Of a stretch of 64,000 bases of DNA, positions 1 to 9,658 are shown piece after piece (within the stretch, counting starts at the first letter, position 1; each line of letters begins with the position of its first letter). The stretch spans positions 1 to 64,000 of the IMG/VR virus record IMGVR_UViG_3300043426_000266, one strand, 5' to 3'. The notes beneath the pieces were generated by a model. The model saw only the letters and a program-made list of their open reading frames with translations. It ran no database searches and was not told the DNA's origin. The translations under genes and the position numbers were made by a program.

Positions 1-67
1 TGAGCTAATTGTCTTACAAGACACCCCCCCCCCCCCTAACTAAGATCTTAAAATTGAGGGTTTTTAA

Positions 68-1828
68 ATGCCTAGTATATTTGCAAATGCAATGGAAGAT
101 TCAGATGTTATGAATGAATTCCAAAGTGTGATTGAACCAGAAACACTAGCCGAAGCTTCTTCAGCTGCAGCTGAAGAATTTCAAGAGATTGAATCCACTG
201 GTAAAACAGTTGACGATTTGGTTGAAGGTCAATCTAAAATGATGGATGTGCAAGCTGAGGTTGAATATGCTTTAGAACATGGTGGTTTAACTTCACAAGC
301 GCAGCGCATGTTAAAAAAATCTTTAACTCACATCGTTGGTAAAAACATTACAAATAAACGTTTACCTGCTTTAGAAAACTTTGAAGGAAACAACCGAGTT
401 TACTCAACCGTAATTGCTTTAGAAGGTATCATGCAAACGGTTAAAGACTTTTGGACTGCAATTAAGAATCAAGCAGTACAATTTTGGAATAAAACAAAGA
501 GTTGGTATATCAAAACTTTTGACGTTGCGAATAAAATCATTGCGCGCGCAAAGAAAGTTAATGAACGCTCTAGCTCAATTTCAGCTTCCGCTAAGGAGAA
601 CTCTTTTGAATTTTCTGGCGCAAAGTTACTTGCAGTGAATTACCAAACCAAAGATCCACAAGTTTGTATTAATGGGTACGAGGCTTTAAACGTGGTCGTC
701 GTCGGGGCGGTTGAAAATCTATCGAAAGAAAACTCTTCAACTAAAGCTGATAAAATGTTAGAAGATTTCAGAAGCCTCTTAACATCAAGCCGAACCAATG
801 CAACAAAACAATACAAGTCAGGTCAAGACGTCGGTGCCTTATTTGCCAAATCATTAAACGAATGGTATACATCATCACTTCAAGAAAATCCATTTAAACC
901 TGATATTACCGAAATGGAAAATGACCCTGCATTAAAAACCAAATTAAATGGCGGAGATGAGCGTGTTGAAGTTCGTCGTGGTGCGAATTTGCCAGGTAAC
1001 CGCACAATCTTCAAAACTTCAATTGATTTTGGTAAGAATCCTAATACTGACCCAATTGAATTATTAAAAGCAAACCGCCCTGTAATCTCTGACACATTGG
1101 CTAAGCCAAAAGAGTTAGAAGAAACTGCGGACGTTAAAACTTTAAACGTTGGACAGATTGGAAAGATTGCGGAAGTTGCTGAGAGTCTGGGTGAAACGAT
1201 CCTTAAATATAAAACTGAATTTGAGTCACGTGATCGTTTCTTTAATAACATGATGAAAGGGCTTGATCAAATTGTTAAAGAATTGGACGGTAAAGATATT
1301 GCAACTGAATCATTCGAAGGTTTTGCGATGGAGGCTAGCGGTAAAGTAGGAAACGGGATGCCAAAACCAAATGCCAGACCAAAAACTAATAACCGCAACC
1401 AACCACGCCCTAAACCACAACCACAACCACAACCACAACCGCAGACACAACCCAACCCTACTCCAACGGCAGGGTCAGCCAACACCACACAAGCACAAGC
1501 ACAAGCACAACCACAGCCAGGCCAAAACCCGGCAGGTGCTAGTGGCGGTGGTAGTCAACCTCCTGCGGTAATTAATAACCCTGGTACTAACGCCCCTGAT
1601 GATGAACCAGAACAACACAACGCAGCAGCTACGCAAACTGCTGAAGAAGCTGAAAGTATTAAAGCGCAAAATGAAGTAGACAAATACTTCCGTCGTTTAG
1701 CTTCTACTTTAGCTGGTTTGTTTCGTCGAGACATGTCTTACCAAGGCCAACTTATCACGATGGGTATTAAATCATCCAACGTCTATTTAACTTACGCTGA
1801 GCAGAGTTTAGCTCAATATGGTGTTTAA
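68..1828 (+). CDS. phiKZ-like internal head (ejection) protein, paralog 1
   Basis: Acidic propeptide-like N-terminus, PALEN/IALEG protease-type sites, then a K..W..I...W.KTKSWY.K block shared with the next two paralogs. Contains an internal P/Q-rich insert. Confidence 0.7.
   Translation: MPSIFANAMEDSDVMNEFQSVIEPETLAEASSAAAEEFQEIESTGKTVDDLVEGQSKMMDVQAEVEYALEHGGLTSQAQRMLKKSLTHIVGKNITNKRLPALENFEGNNRVYSTVIALEGIMQTVKDFWTAIKNQAVQFWNKTKSWYIKTFDVANKIIARAKKVNERSSSISASAKENSFEFSGAKLLAVNYQTKDPQVCINGYEALNVVVVGAVENLSKENSSTKADKMLEDFRSLLTSSRTNATKQYKSGQDVGALFAKSLNEWYTSSLQENPFKPDITEMENDPALKTKLNGGDERVEVRRGANLPGNRTIFKTSIDFGKNPNTDPIELLKANRPVISDTLAKPKELEETADVKTLNVGQIGKIAEVAESLGETILKYKTEFESRDRFFNNMMKGLDQIVKELDGKDIATESFEGFAMEASGKVGNGMPKPNARPKTNNRNQPRPKPQPQPQPQPQTQPNPTPTAGSANTTQAQAQAQPQPGQNPAGASGGGSQPPAVINNPGTNAPDDEPEQHNAAATQTAEEAESIKAQNEVDKYFRRLASTLAGLFRRDMSYQGQLITMGIKSSNVYLTYAEQSLAQYGV
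1412..1518 (+). repeat. Low-complexity (CCACAA)n and (GCACAA)n hexamer runs encoding PQ and AQ repeats
   Basis: Seen directly; translates as PQPQPQPQPQ and QAQAQAQ. Confidence 0.9.
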
Positions 1829-1996
1829 ATGATTAAAAATATAGCAAAGTTCTTTAGAGGGCTATTTTGTGAACATGAATGGCAACTTATTGAAACATTA
1901 GATACGCCGGAACATTTAAAAACCTTAACTGTGATGGATTGGTATACCTGTGTGAGTAAGTGTAGTCGTTGTGGTAAACGTAAAGAACATAATTAA
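1829..1996 (+). CDS. 55-aa putative zinc-ribbon microprotein (not in ORF track)
   Basis: MIKNIAKFFRGLFCEHEW...KCSRCGKRKEHN; starts immediately after the upstream stop (TAAATG) and ends just before a terminator. Confidence 0.55.
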   Translation: MIKNIAKFFRGLFCEHEWQLIETLDTPEHLKTLTVMDWYTCVSKCSRCGKRKEHN

Positions 1997-1999
1997 ATA

Positions 2000-2023
2000 A
2001 TAGCGTCCCCTAGGGGACGCTAT
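2000..2023. terminator. Perfect 24-bp palindromic terminator
   Basis: ATAGCGTCCCCTAGGGGACGCTAT, downstream of 1996. Confidence 0.8.
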
Positions 2024-2070
2024 ATTGCTTTTTATTAGTTTTCTTATTCAAACTGATTCCAAATAAAAAT

Positions 2071-2092
2071 AGATATATATTATTTACGTGAA
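2071..2092 (+). promoter_or_regulatory. Early-promoter-like motif
   Basis: AGATATATATTATTTACGTGAA; the core resembles the phiKZ early TATATTAC element; 9 related copies in the window. Confidence 0.75.
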
Positions 2093-2122
2093 CTAAACCT
2101 TCTTTATCAATAGGATTTAATT

Positions 2123-2377
2123 ATGAATACTTTAGAATCTTTGATACTTACTAACAAAGGTTGGAGCTATTTTTCTCACACATGTGGTCAGCTAGTTGTG
2201 CATATGATCGACAGTGTGAGCACTCATAAACTCACCAATGAATTAATAAACGCAGGTTTTGATAGTTACAATAATGCAAACCGCGTATTTGTGAAACTGG
2301 GACAACCTGATGAAGCAAAAGAGATGTATTTGAAAATTTATAAGCTGAATCACAACGACTGTTATAATCGTTGTTAA
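2123..2377 (+). CDS. Small hypothetical early protein (stand-alone cassette)
   Basis: AGGA RBS, own promoter motif and own terminator. Confidence 0.7.
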   Translation: MNTLESLILTNKGWSYFSHTCGQLVVHMIDSVSTHKLTNELINAGFDSYNNANRVFVKLGQPDEAKEMYLKIYKLNHNDCYNRC

Positions 2378-2381
2378 TTAA

Positions 2382-2408
2382 AAGGGACCTGGTCCCTTAT
2401 TTTTTTTT
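2382..2408 (+). terminator. Rho-independent terminator
   Basis: AAGGGACC-T-GGTCCCTT plus T tract. Confidence 0.7.
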
Positions 2409-2457
2409 GTTTTATTTATAAACTCATTTTATGACCTATATCCTGGAGTATAATAAA

Positions 2458-3945
2458 ATGGCCTTTGATTCAGCCTTTTCACAACACTGCGGTGTTTCTC
2501 AAATTGTAAACCCTCTAAATCTAGGGTATCACCACAATGATCAAGAAGTTTTAAATAATGTTGAAACATTTCGAACAATTGATCAAGACGGTCAGCGTTT
2601 TGATTTAATTTTAGAATCAAGCGACCACGCCACTGAAATGTCTAATTTCATGCAGGCTTCTGTTAAACAAGGTGACCCTTTATCTGATTCCATGTATAGA
2701 ATGCTTGGCATAGAGATGAAGGCGCTAACAAACAACACAGGAACTCCATTTGATGCATTACCTGTGTTGGAATCACTCGATGGTCAGATGAGTCGTCGAG
2801 ATCTAATGATCGCGATGGAAAACGTTGTTACCGAAGCAATCAAAGGAATGTGGGAAAAACTTCGTGACACATTCCTGGCGATTCATAAAAAAATTAAAGA
2901 CTGGTACATTAAAGCTTGGGATGGTTCAGTTCGTTTAAGTAAACAGGCGGAAGCGCTTAAAGCGAGAGCAGAACAATTAAATACTCCAGCTAAAGAACCT
3001 TCATTTGAAATGGGTGGAGTTAAATTATTAAGCATTGGTGGGCGAGTGCCTGAACCTACTAGCCTGATTCAAGGGCTGGGTAATATCTCAACTGTTACCA
3101 ATACCATCCTTGCCGGAACAGCTGAAGACTATAATAAAGTGTTTGAATACTTTAGACCAGCTCTAGATGAATTAATCGAACAGGCTAAAAAAATGAAAGG
3201 GTCCGACTCAACCCCTGGTGCGGATGGTAAAGCAAAAGTTGGTATGGGTGATGCCTTCGCAGGAATTGACCAGGCAAACACGACATCAGGTACCACAGTA
3301 TCTAATGCGGCAGGTGGTGAGTTTACCTCTAATGGTGACGTAAACAAACTCATTAAAAGTTTAAATGAATATTTTAATGGCTTCACCAAAATAACTGGCA
3401 TTGAAAAAATTATTCAGGACCAGCGTTGGGATAAAGAAGGTATTCAGGTTAAACGTTCTAACTTTGATTTGCCTGGTGGTTTTATGTTGGTTGCAACTTC
3501 ACCAGTTGATGTTCAAGGTTCACCTAAGGGCTTAACCATTGCTGAATATGCTGCTTTGAAATCTGCCTATACCTTCGCCGTTGCGTCGATAGACAATCCG
3601 GCAAAAGAAGTTGATGATAAGGGAACATTTAAAACCTTGAATCCAACTGAAATAATTAACATCTGTGATAATGTAATTAATCAGTGCAAAGTATTTCTAG
3701 CCTATAAATTACTCTATGAGGCAAGAGATCGAGTTACTGAAACGTTAGTTAAACAAATGGAACAACATGCGAGCTCAACCAACAATCTTGTTGGGGTCGG
3801 TTCAACTCATGTTAAAAACAGTATTCAAACCACAATGGCTTTAATTAAAAAGTTAAATGGTGGAGAAGCAGCTTGGTGTAAATACACAATGCAAGTTCTC
3901 AACAAGTCTATCAGCTATTGCAAAGCTTCTTTAGCTCAGTACTAA
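2458..3945 (+). CDS. phiKZ-like internal head protein, paralog 2
   Basis: Start moved from 2431 to 2458 (GGAG RBS; TATG at 2430 is the late motif). AME/TE-AIKGMWEKLRD...KIKDWY block shared with paralog 1. Confidence 0.7.
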   Translation: MAFDSAFSQHCGVSQIVNPLNLGYHHNDQEVLNNVETFRTIDQDGQRFDLILESSDHATEMSNFMQASVKQGDPLSDSMYRMLGIEMKALTNNTGTPFDALPVLESLDGQMSRRDLMIAMENVVTEAIKGMWEKLRDTFLAIHKKIKDWYIKAWDGSVRLSKQAEALKARAEQLNTPAKEPSFEMGGVKLLSIGGRVPEPTSLIQGLGNISTVTNTILAGTAEDYNKVFEYFRPALDELIEQAKKMKGSDSTPGADGKAKVGMGDAFAGIDQANTTSGTTVSNAAGGEFTSNGDVNKLIKSLNEYFNGFTKITGIEKIIQDQRWDKEGIQVKRSNFDLPGGFMLVATSPVDVQGSPKGLTIAEYAALKSAYTFAVASIDNPAKEVDDKGTFKTLNPTEIINICDNVINQCKVFLAYKLLYEARDRVTETLVKQMEQHASSTNNLVGVGSTHVKNSIQTTMALIKKLNGGEAAWCKYTMQVLNKSISYCKASLAQY

Positions 3946-3956
3946 GGATTATTAAG

Positions 3957-5267
3957 ATGTCTATTTTAGAAAACGTTTTAGAACAAACCCCAGAACCATT
4001 TGTTTCAACCCCTAGTATGGGTCAACTTCTTCAAGAAGCAGACACCATGTATTCTCGTGTTACTGCAGGCGCTGATCTTGTTTCTAAGATCGAAAACGTA
4101 ACGGAACACTTAGAAAACATTAATGCTGAAATCGCTCAAGAAGGTGGTTTGTCTGACCTTTCTCGAGCAATGATTTCAAGAACACATAAACTTCTCACCG
4201 GTGTTGATGTGATGGGTAGTCGTGTAACTGCCTTAGAGGCTGCTGATGCCGATTCTGAGTTTAAGGATGACGTAGTACAGCAAATTCAAAATAACACGTT
4301 AAACGAGTTCCTAGCCGCGTTAAAAGAGAAGTTTTACGATAGCTGGGGTGACACTAAATCCTGGTATGGTAAAATTGTTTCAATTCGTGAAACAATCATT
4401 AAGAAAAATGCGGATACGTTAGAACGAGCGACTAAAGTAACAGGGGATCCTAAAACTTTAGAGTTTCAATTTAAAGATAATATTGACATTGACAATAACG
4501 GTAAAGTTTCTTTCCAGGAACTCCTTACTGGTATTGAAGCAATGCTAGGTTATACTGAAAAACGATTAAATGTTAAAGTTGATAAAAACTTTGAAGATTT
4601 CATTGTAGGCTGTCAGCGTGTGGTTGATGGCTATCGCGCCAAGGGTGAAGCCGATTACTCTGAGTTATTAAAGTATAAAGAACTTTATAACCCGCCTCCA
4701 GAAGTTTTAACCTCTGAATTAGAAAACAAATCCGTTAAAGGACAAGTGAGTGATTCTGATTCTGCGAAGTTAATCCAAACTCGTCGTTTCCCAGGTGCAA
4801 GTTATGTCATTATTTCATCCCCTGGAACTGAAGTAAAAGCAACTCCGGTTTCATTCATTGAAGATACCTGGGTGAAACTATATACAGAGAAGTCTACGGA
4901 TGAAAAAGATAGTGTTCGAGTAAGAACATTCTATCCAAATCAAATTGTTCACTTATCAACTGAGTTAGCCGCTGGGTTAGATAGCTTAGGTTACTTTGAT
5001 AAGTCTTGGGAACGTCGTGATAAGTTCATGACAAAAGTCTTTGGTAGTTTAGATAAAACGATTTCTTTAATTGGAGAGAAATTGACTGACTCATCTAAAG
5101 ACAGTAAGACGGATGAAGAACTAAGAGCAATCACCCGCGTGATGATTAAAGCAATTCAATTGGATAACACATTTAATTCAATGCTTATTAATCACGTAAT
5201 TAAGATCACTGCTCAATGTGTTGACCTTAATAATGCTTGTTTACTTCAATACAACTCTGACGTGTAA
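3957..5267 (+). CDS. phiKZ-like internal head protein, paralog 3
   Basis: AAGGA RBS at 3944; TALE site then F..ALKEK...W..TKSWY block. Confidence 0.6.
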   Translation: MSILENVLEQTPEPFVSTPSMGQLLQEADTMYSRVTAGADLVSKIENVTEHLENINAEIAQEGGLSDLSRAMISRTHKLLTGVDVMGSRVTALEAADADSEFKDDVVQQIQNNTLNEFLAALKEKFYDSWGDTKSWYGKIVSIRETIIKKNADTLERATKVTGDPKTLEFQFKDNIDIDNNGKVSFQELLTGIEAMLGYTEKRLNVKVDKNFEDFIVGCQRVVDGYRAKGEADYSELLKYKELYNPPPEVLTSELENKSVKGQVSDSDSAKLIQTRRFPGASYVIISSPGTEVKATPVSFIEDTWVKLYTEKSTDEKDSVRVRTFYPNQIVHLSTELAAGLDSLGYFDKSWERRDKFMTKVFGSLDKTISLIGEKLTDSSKDSKTDEELRAITRVMIKAIQLDNTFNSMLINHVIKITAQCVDLNNACLLQYNSDV

Positions 5268-5268
5268 A

Positions 5269-5294
5269 ATAAAGAGCCCCTAGGGGCTCTTTAT
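5269..5294. terminator. Perfect 26-bp palindromic bidirectional terminator
   Basis: ATAAAGAGCCCCTAGGGGCTCTTTAT between convergent genes. Confidence 0.85.
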
Positions 5295-5405
5295 CCTTAT
5301 GCGGACAATATAACTTATACCAGGTTCTCACCCCGAGGGCAGGTACCCCATACAGGGTAACTTTTTATCGCCTTATTACTTCTTGAAAAAGGTGGTTGTA
5401 TAAAT

Positions 5406-6287
5406 TTATTCCCCCGTATTGTACATAGTACCACAACTATGGATTGTGCGAGCACCTCCAAATTGTTGCTGAACATAATCAAACCATGTTGATTTATCAC
5501 TTGGTTCATCTTCCAAGCTAAAGGCATTCATTGGAACTAATTTAAGATTGATGCTGTGACGTTCAAACGCGTAATTTTCCTCAGGTTGCGTACCTGCACC
5601 ATAACCAGTAATTCGAATTTCTGTTCCCGGATTTAATATATCTTGAAAATCTAATCTTGGGGAATAAGTAAAATAGTCCCGCATATACAGTTGACGCATT
5701 AAATCGAAACCACTATATAAGAAAAGTTCCGTAACAATTTTTTCCGCAGAAGCATTAGCTTCAAAGAATATACGATCCTTTTGAACTTCCTCCCCGTCGA
5801 TTTCAAGAATGAAACTAAGTACTGAGCGATCTGTATTGAGGTTATTCAAGTTATTGGCTGACGGTATCCACCGTAACTCAGTTGGCATACACTCTTCAGC
5901 ATCACGATTATAATAACCTAAAGATTGATCTAGGGCTAGAACTTGACCAGATGAATAAATGATATCATCCTCAGTAAAATCAAATCCTAGGCTATTTAAC
6001 TCTTCGATAAGATCAAGAGTGTTATTACTTCCAAACTCTACATTCTCTAGGATCTCAGCAATATCTAAACGATTGTAGAATTGAATACGTTTTTCATAAC
6101 GTTCTTGTTCAGGTACGTTACTCCCTTTATCAATCTGTAGAGTAATTTTAGTATTATGTACTTTACCGTTATAAGGTTCAACAGATAATACTTCAGTTGC
6201 TTTACTACAACTCTTTGCAATGTCTTGTAAAGATTTATTGTGGGAATTAGTATTCTTTAGGTTACGTCTTAATTGAGGTAATAACAT
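5406..6287 (-). CDS. Putative virion structural protein, MLP.LR/YNRLD/SLGY paralog family
   Basis: Shares N-terminal motifs with 61358-62146 and 41653-42447; TATG motif 26 nt upstream on the minus strand. Confidence 0.6.
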   Translation of the reverse strand: MLLPQLRRNLKNTNSHNKSLQDIAKSCSKATEVLSVEPYNGKVHNTKITLQIDKGSNVPEQERYEKRIQFYNRLDIAEILENVEFGSNNTLDLIEELNSLGFDFTEDDIIYSSGQVLALDQSLGYYNRDAEECMPTELRWIPSANNLNNLNTDRSVLSFILEIDGEEVQKDRIFFEANASAEKIVTELFLYSGFDLMRQLYMRDYFTYSPRLDFQDILNPGTEIRITGYGAGTQPEENYAFERHSINLKLVPMNAFSLEDEPSDKSTWFDYVQQQFGGARTIHSCGTMYNTGE

Positions 6288-6399
6288 GAGTTTAGTCTCT
6301 TATCGTCTTCATAACAATGGGACTGAGGATTAGGGGTATTTATGAGTCCTATTGGAAATGAGGAGGTGTGTTTTCTCATCCTTGAAAAGGTAATTAGAT

Positions 6400-6669
6400 A
6401 TGCTACCGAGTATAAGAACCAGGTTGAATAATCCAGGAAATACCAGCGAAGCATTCAGACGATTGCTGAATTTGACTTATCCTGGAGTACAAATTGAATC
6501 CATCAGTGTGGTGGAAAATGGTATTCATAATACCAAACTTATCTTAGCATTGTGGCAATGTCAGTCCGATTATAAAACACTACCCGTTTAACACTATCAG
6601 GCAATGCTAAGATCCGACATGATCAATGGTCGAGAGATTAATGAAATAATCAATAACATTAAACATTGA
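6400..6669 (+). pseudogene. Truncated remnant of the same paralog family
   Basis: MLPSIRTRL...HNTKLIL matches MLPQLRRNL...HNTKITL; stops at 6591; weak similarity resumes in another frame. Confidence 0.4.
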
Positions 6670-6694
6670 GTTAATCAATGATTAATAATTAAAT

Positions 6695-6720
6695 AGTTAG
6701 AGTCCCTAAGGACTCTAACT
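6695..6720. terminator. Hairpin terminator
   Basis: AGTTAGAGTCC-CTAA-GGACTCTAACT plus T-rich tail. Confidence 0.75.
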
Positions 6721-6945
6721 TTCTTTATTTTTAAAAGTATAAAAATACGAAATCTCTACATTTATGCGTAAGCATATACCCCTGATAAGTTTATGCAGCT
6801 TAAATAACTTACGGAGTATAATACGATAGTATAACCAATTACTATTCATTGGGGATACGAAGTAAATCCCCAATATTACTCACCAAAAATACCTAATAAA
6901 CTACAATGGGTATTTCGTATCAATTTACCATTTAGAGAAATCAAC

Positions 6946-7299
6946 ATGCTAAACTTAATTTCACTCATTCTGATCACCATACTTTCGACCTATATTAGCT
7001 GGGTATCTGCATGTTCAGGGGTAACCAATAAAAAGACATTAACAACGGCATTTACGATTTACCCAATCGTCTTTGCAGCGGGGAATTTATATCTAGCCGT
7101 ACTTGTTAGCGGTAACTCAACCCTAGTTGGCACATTCCCACTTCTATTCGGATTGTTCATTGGGTGGCTAGTTCTTATTGATTTCGTATTAACCAAACGT
7201 ACTTATTCAGACAATATCAGTTGGAGTCCAGCTCGTAAGTTAGCATGGGTGAATTTATTGGTTATTGTTTCTATTCCTTTTCGCCTTTATTTAAAATAA
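6946..7299 (+). CDS. Small multi-pass membrane protein
   Basis: 117 aa with 3-4 hydrophobic stretches. Confidence 0.7.
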   Translation: MLNLISLILITILSTYISWVSACSGVTNKKTLTTAFTIYPIVFAAGNLYLAVLVSGNSTLVGTFPLLFGLFIGWLVLIDFVLTKRTYSDNISWSPARKLAWVNLLVIVSIPFRLYLK

Positions 7300-7302
7300 A
7301 AT

Positions 7303-7324
7303 AGATATATATTATTTACGTGAA
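7303..7324 (+). promoter_or_regulatory. Early-promoter-like motif
   Basis: Identical to the 22-mer at 2071. Confidence 0.75.
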
Positions 7325-7325
7325 T

Positions 7326-7351
7326 GAAAGCAATAGAATTCTATTGCTTTC
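7326..7351. promoter_or_regulatory. Perfect 26-bp palindrome directly after the promoter motif
   Basis: GAAAGCAATAGAATTCTATTGCTTTC. Confidence 0.55.
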
Positions 7352-7379
7352 TTAACCTTTATATTCAAGGTAAAACAGC

Positions 7380-8006
7380 ATGATTAAATTAGTTGCTAAT
7401 TTAGACAAAGCGGAATATCTTTCAATCCCCAACCGAAGAAGCGTAATCAATGAATTCTGGCGCTACGAGTTTCTACAAGTAGACCGACGTGGCGATCGTA
7501 AGGTCATTAGTATCTCAATGGATATCTACGACCTGGTAAGTAGCCGTAGAGGTTTAGAGCTCGCCTCTGGCTTAAAAACAAAAATTAAGCGGCGTAATCA
7601 ACACCAACTCGAAGTTTTAATTGCCGAACAGAGTTACACCCTTTCTTATTTTCATAATAAGGCCGATCAGGCTTTAGAAGGTAATCCTCAAGCAATCAAA
7701 TTTATCTTTGATGAGTTCTTTAAAAAGTTGACAAAGGAAGGTTGGGTTGGAGAAATGGTTGATTTAATCGACGCTATTTTCTACAGCAATATCAAAGGCG
7801 AAACTTACACGTTTATTGAACAACGATTCACAGAACTAGAACATACCGAAAACCCGCTACTTGAATACCCTCCAACATTCACGGTGTTTGAAATTCTACA
7901 AAAACACGTTAACTTTGACTTAGTCACAACGTTCAAAAATGTTTTATTAAGTCATCAAAAACTTAACAATACATTTACAATGATAGGCAATTCACAACCA
8001 GCATAG
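7380..8006 (+). CDS. Hypothetical protein
   Basis: 208-aa ORF with AAGG RBS, behind an early motif. Confidence 0.75.
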   Translation: MIKLVANLDKAEYLSIPNRRSVINEFWRYEFLQVDRRGDRKVISISMDIYDLVSSRRGLELASGLKTKIKRRNQHQLEVLIAEQSYTLSYFHNKADQALEGNPQAIKFIFDEFFKKLTKEGWVGEMVDLIDAIFYSNIKGETYTFIEQRFTELEHTENPLLEYPPTFTVFEILQKHVNFDLVTTFKNVLLSHQKLNNTFTMIGNSQPA

Positions 8007-8126
8007 ATTTTAAGATGAGTTCTTTAAAATTAAGTTTCAAGTTTCCACAACCATTGAGTAAACAATCAACGCAATGAATGGCACCAGCCGTAACTACAAA
8101 CCCTTATTATCAAGAGTATAAATAAC

Positions 8127-9353
8127 ATGAAAGATTTAGTATTTTATCACGCGCACTGTATGGACGGTACTGGTGCAGCTGCAGCTTATCTACACGCCCA
8201 CAATGAGTGCATCTGCTGCTACGAAGAACTCACATTTAAAGACATTCGATATACTGATATCGAAAGTTTAGAAAAGTTTAAAGAATACCTGAATAAAAAG
8301 ACAAACGTCATTGTTGTTGACGCATCGAATATAGAATTAGTAGACCATCCGTATATAACGTCTACTCCATTGACTGAACCACAAATGGTAACTTTCTTAG
8401 ATTTCTGCCCGACCGCTGAAATTCTTAGTTGGTTGCTTGCTGAAGGTCATACCGTTCTGATTTTAGACCATCATCAAACTGGTCGTGAAATGATGGAGAA
8501 GTTTTTAATTGATAATATGCTCCAAAACCTTTCTCGTTTACATTTCGCTTTTGGTGACCAATCGATTAGTGGTTCAGGTTTAGCCTATGTGTTAGGTGTA
8601 TGCACGCATGATGCCTTTGCTTATCCAAGTCGAGGTATTCGTCTTAATACCTACCATCTTCCACTGGCTAACAGTGAAGGTTTTAAAATCTGGAATAACC
8701 TGGCACATACCAAGAGTAGCGTATCAGAAATGGATCCAATATTTGAACTTCTTCGCGTTCGTGACGTCTGGGATATGTCAGATCCTCAGAAGAAAAAAGA
8801 TGCTGACAGTCTAAACGCTTACTTATTCCATAATGAGTTAACAGAATTGACAGCGTTCTACGATTGGTGGACAAACCCATTCCATGCGGATGATATTGTT
8901 GCTGAAGGTAACTTGATCTGTGAAGTTTTTGAGAAACAAATCAAAGATGTTATTGAGCAGGCCTATCAAGTCGAAATTGAAATAGGAGATCAACGTAAAC
9001 TCCAAATATGTATCGCTAGTTGCCCTAACGGGCAAGCGTCGTTAATGGGTGAGCTATGGGCTCAAAAGTGGAAAGACACAGAACATCCAACCATCTGCAT
9101 TTCTATGTTTACTAATTACAAAACCAATCGTGTAGGTTTTGGAATGCGTTCTAACAAACACATTGATTGTAAACCTCTAGCAGAAGCTTTAGGTGGTGGT
9201 GGACATTTCAAAGCTTGCGGTGGGGATTTGTCTAACCTTGGAGTTCCATCGGGTGAGGAAAGCGTGGATTTTGATTTTCTAGTAAGACCAGGTAAGTTTA
9301 CGGAGGATTTTCGAAATAAACTTTTACAGGTAGTCAGAACGATCTACAAGTAA
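8127..9353 (+). CDS. DHH/DHHA1 phosphoesterase (NrnB-like)
   Basis: YHAHCMDG, FLDF, ILDHH, SGSGL, RDVW and C-terminal GGGGHFKACG motifs. Confidence 0.85.
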   Translation: MKDLVFYHAHCMDGTGAAAAYLHAHNECICCYEELTFKDIRYTDIESLEKFKEYLNKKTNVIVVDASNIELVDHPYITSTPLTEPQMVTFLDFCPTAEILSWLLAEGHTVLILDHHQTGREMMEKFLIDNMLQNLSRLHFAFGDQSISGSGLAYVLGVCTHDAFAYPSRGIRLNTYHLPLANSEGFKIWNNLAHTKSSVSEMDPIFELLRVRDVWDMSDPQKKKDADSLNAYLFHNELTELTAFYDWWTNPFHADDIVAEGNLICEVFEKQIKDVIEQAYQVEIEIGDQRKLQICIASCPNGQASLMGELWAQKWKDTEHPTICISMFTNYKTNRVGFGMRSNKHIDCKPLAEALGGGGHFKACGGDLSNLGVPSGEESVDFDFLVRPGKFTEDFRNKLLQVVRTIYK

Positions 9354-9378
9354 ACATTGCGCTATTTCTAACCAACCT

Positions 9379-9404
9379 AGAAGGGGGTATCACTACCCCT
9401 TTCT
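9379..9404 (+). terminator. Terminator
   Basis: AGAAGGGGGTA-TCAC-TACCCCTTTCT plus T tail. Confidence 0.7.
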
Positions 9405-9445
9405 TTTATTCAACTTTAATTTTTCAACCTAGGCTAAATTACAAA

Positions 9446-9658
9446 ATGTCAAACTCAACTCACCATGAACGAATTCCATACAAACTAGACCTTACACTTA
9501 TAGATTTATCGGAGGTCGTATTTATGCAGGTTAAAACTGATGCACAGCAAGGTGCCTGGATTGATTTAGTCCTTAGAAATGGTGTTACAGTCAAGACTGA
9601 CCGCATGTCGATGTCACGTGCGTCAAATGTATTTAGTGGGATGGCAAAATCGATGTAG
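9446..9658 (+). CDS. Small hypothetical protein
   Basis: 70-aa ORF between two terminators. Confidence 0.55.
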   Translation: MSNSTHHERIPYKLDLTLIDLSEVVFMQVKTDAQQGAWIDLVLRNGVTVKTDRMSMSRASNVFSGMAKSM

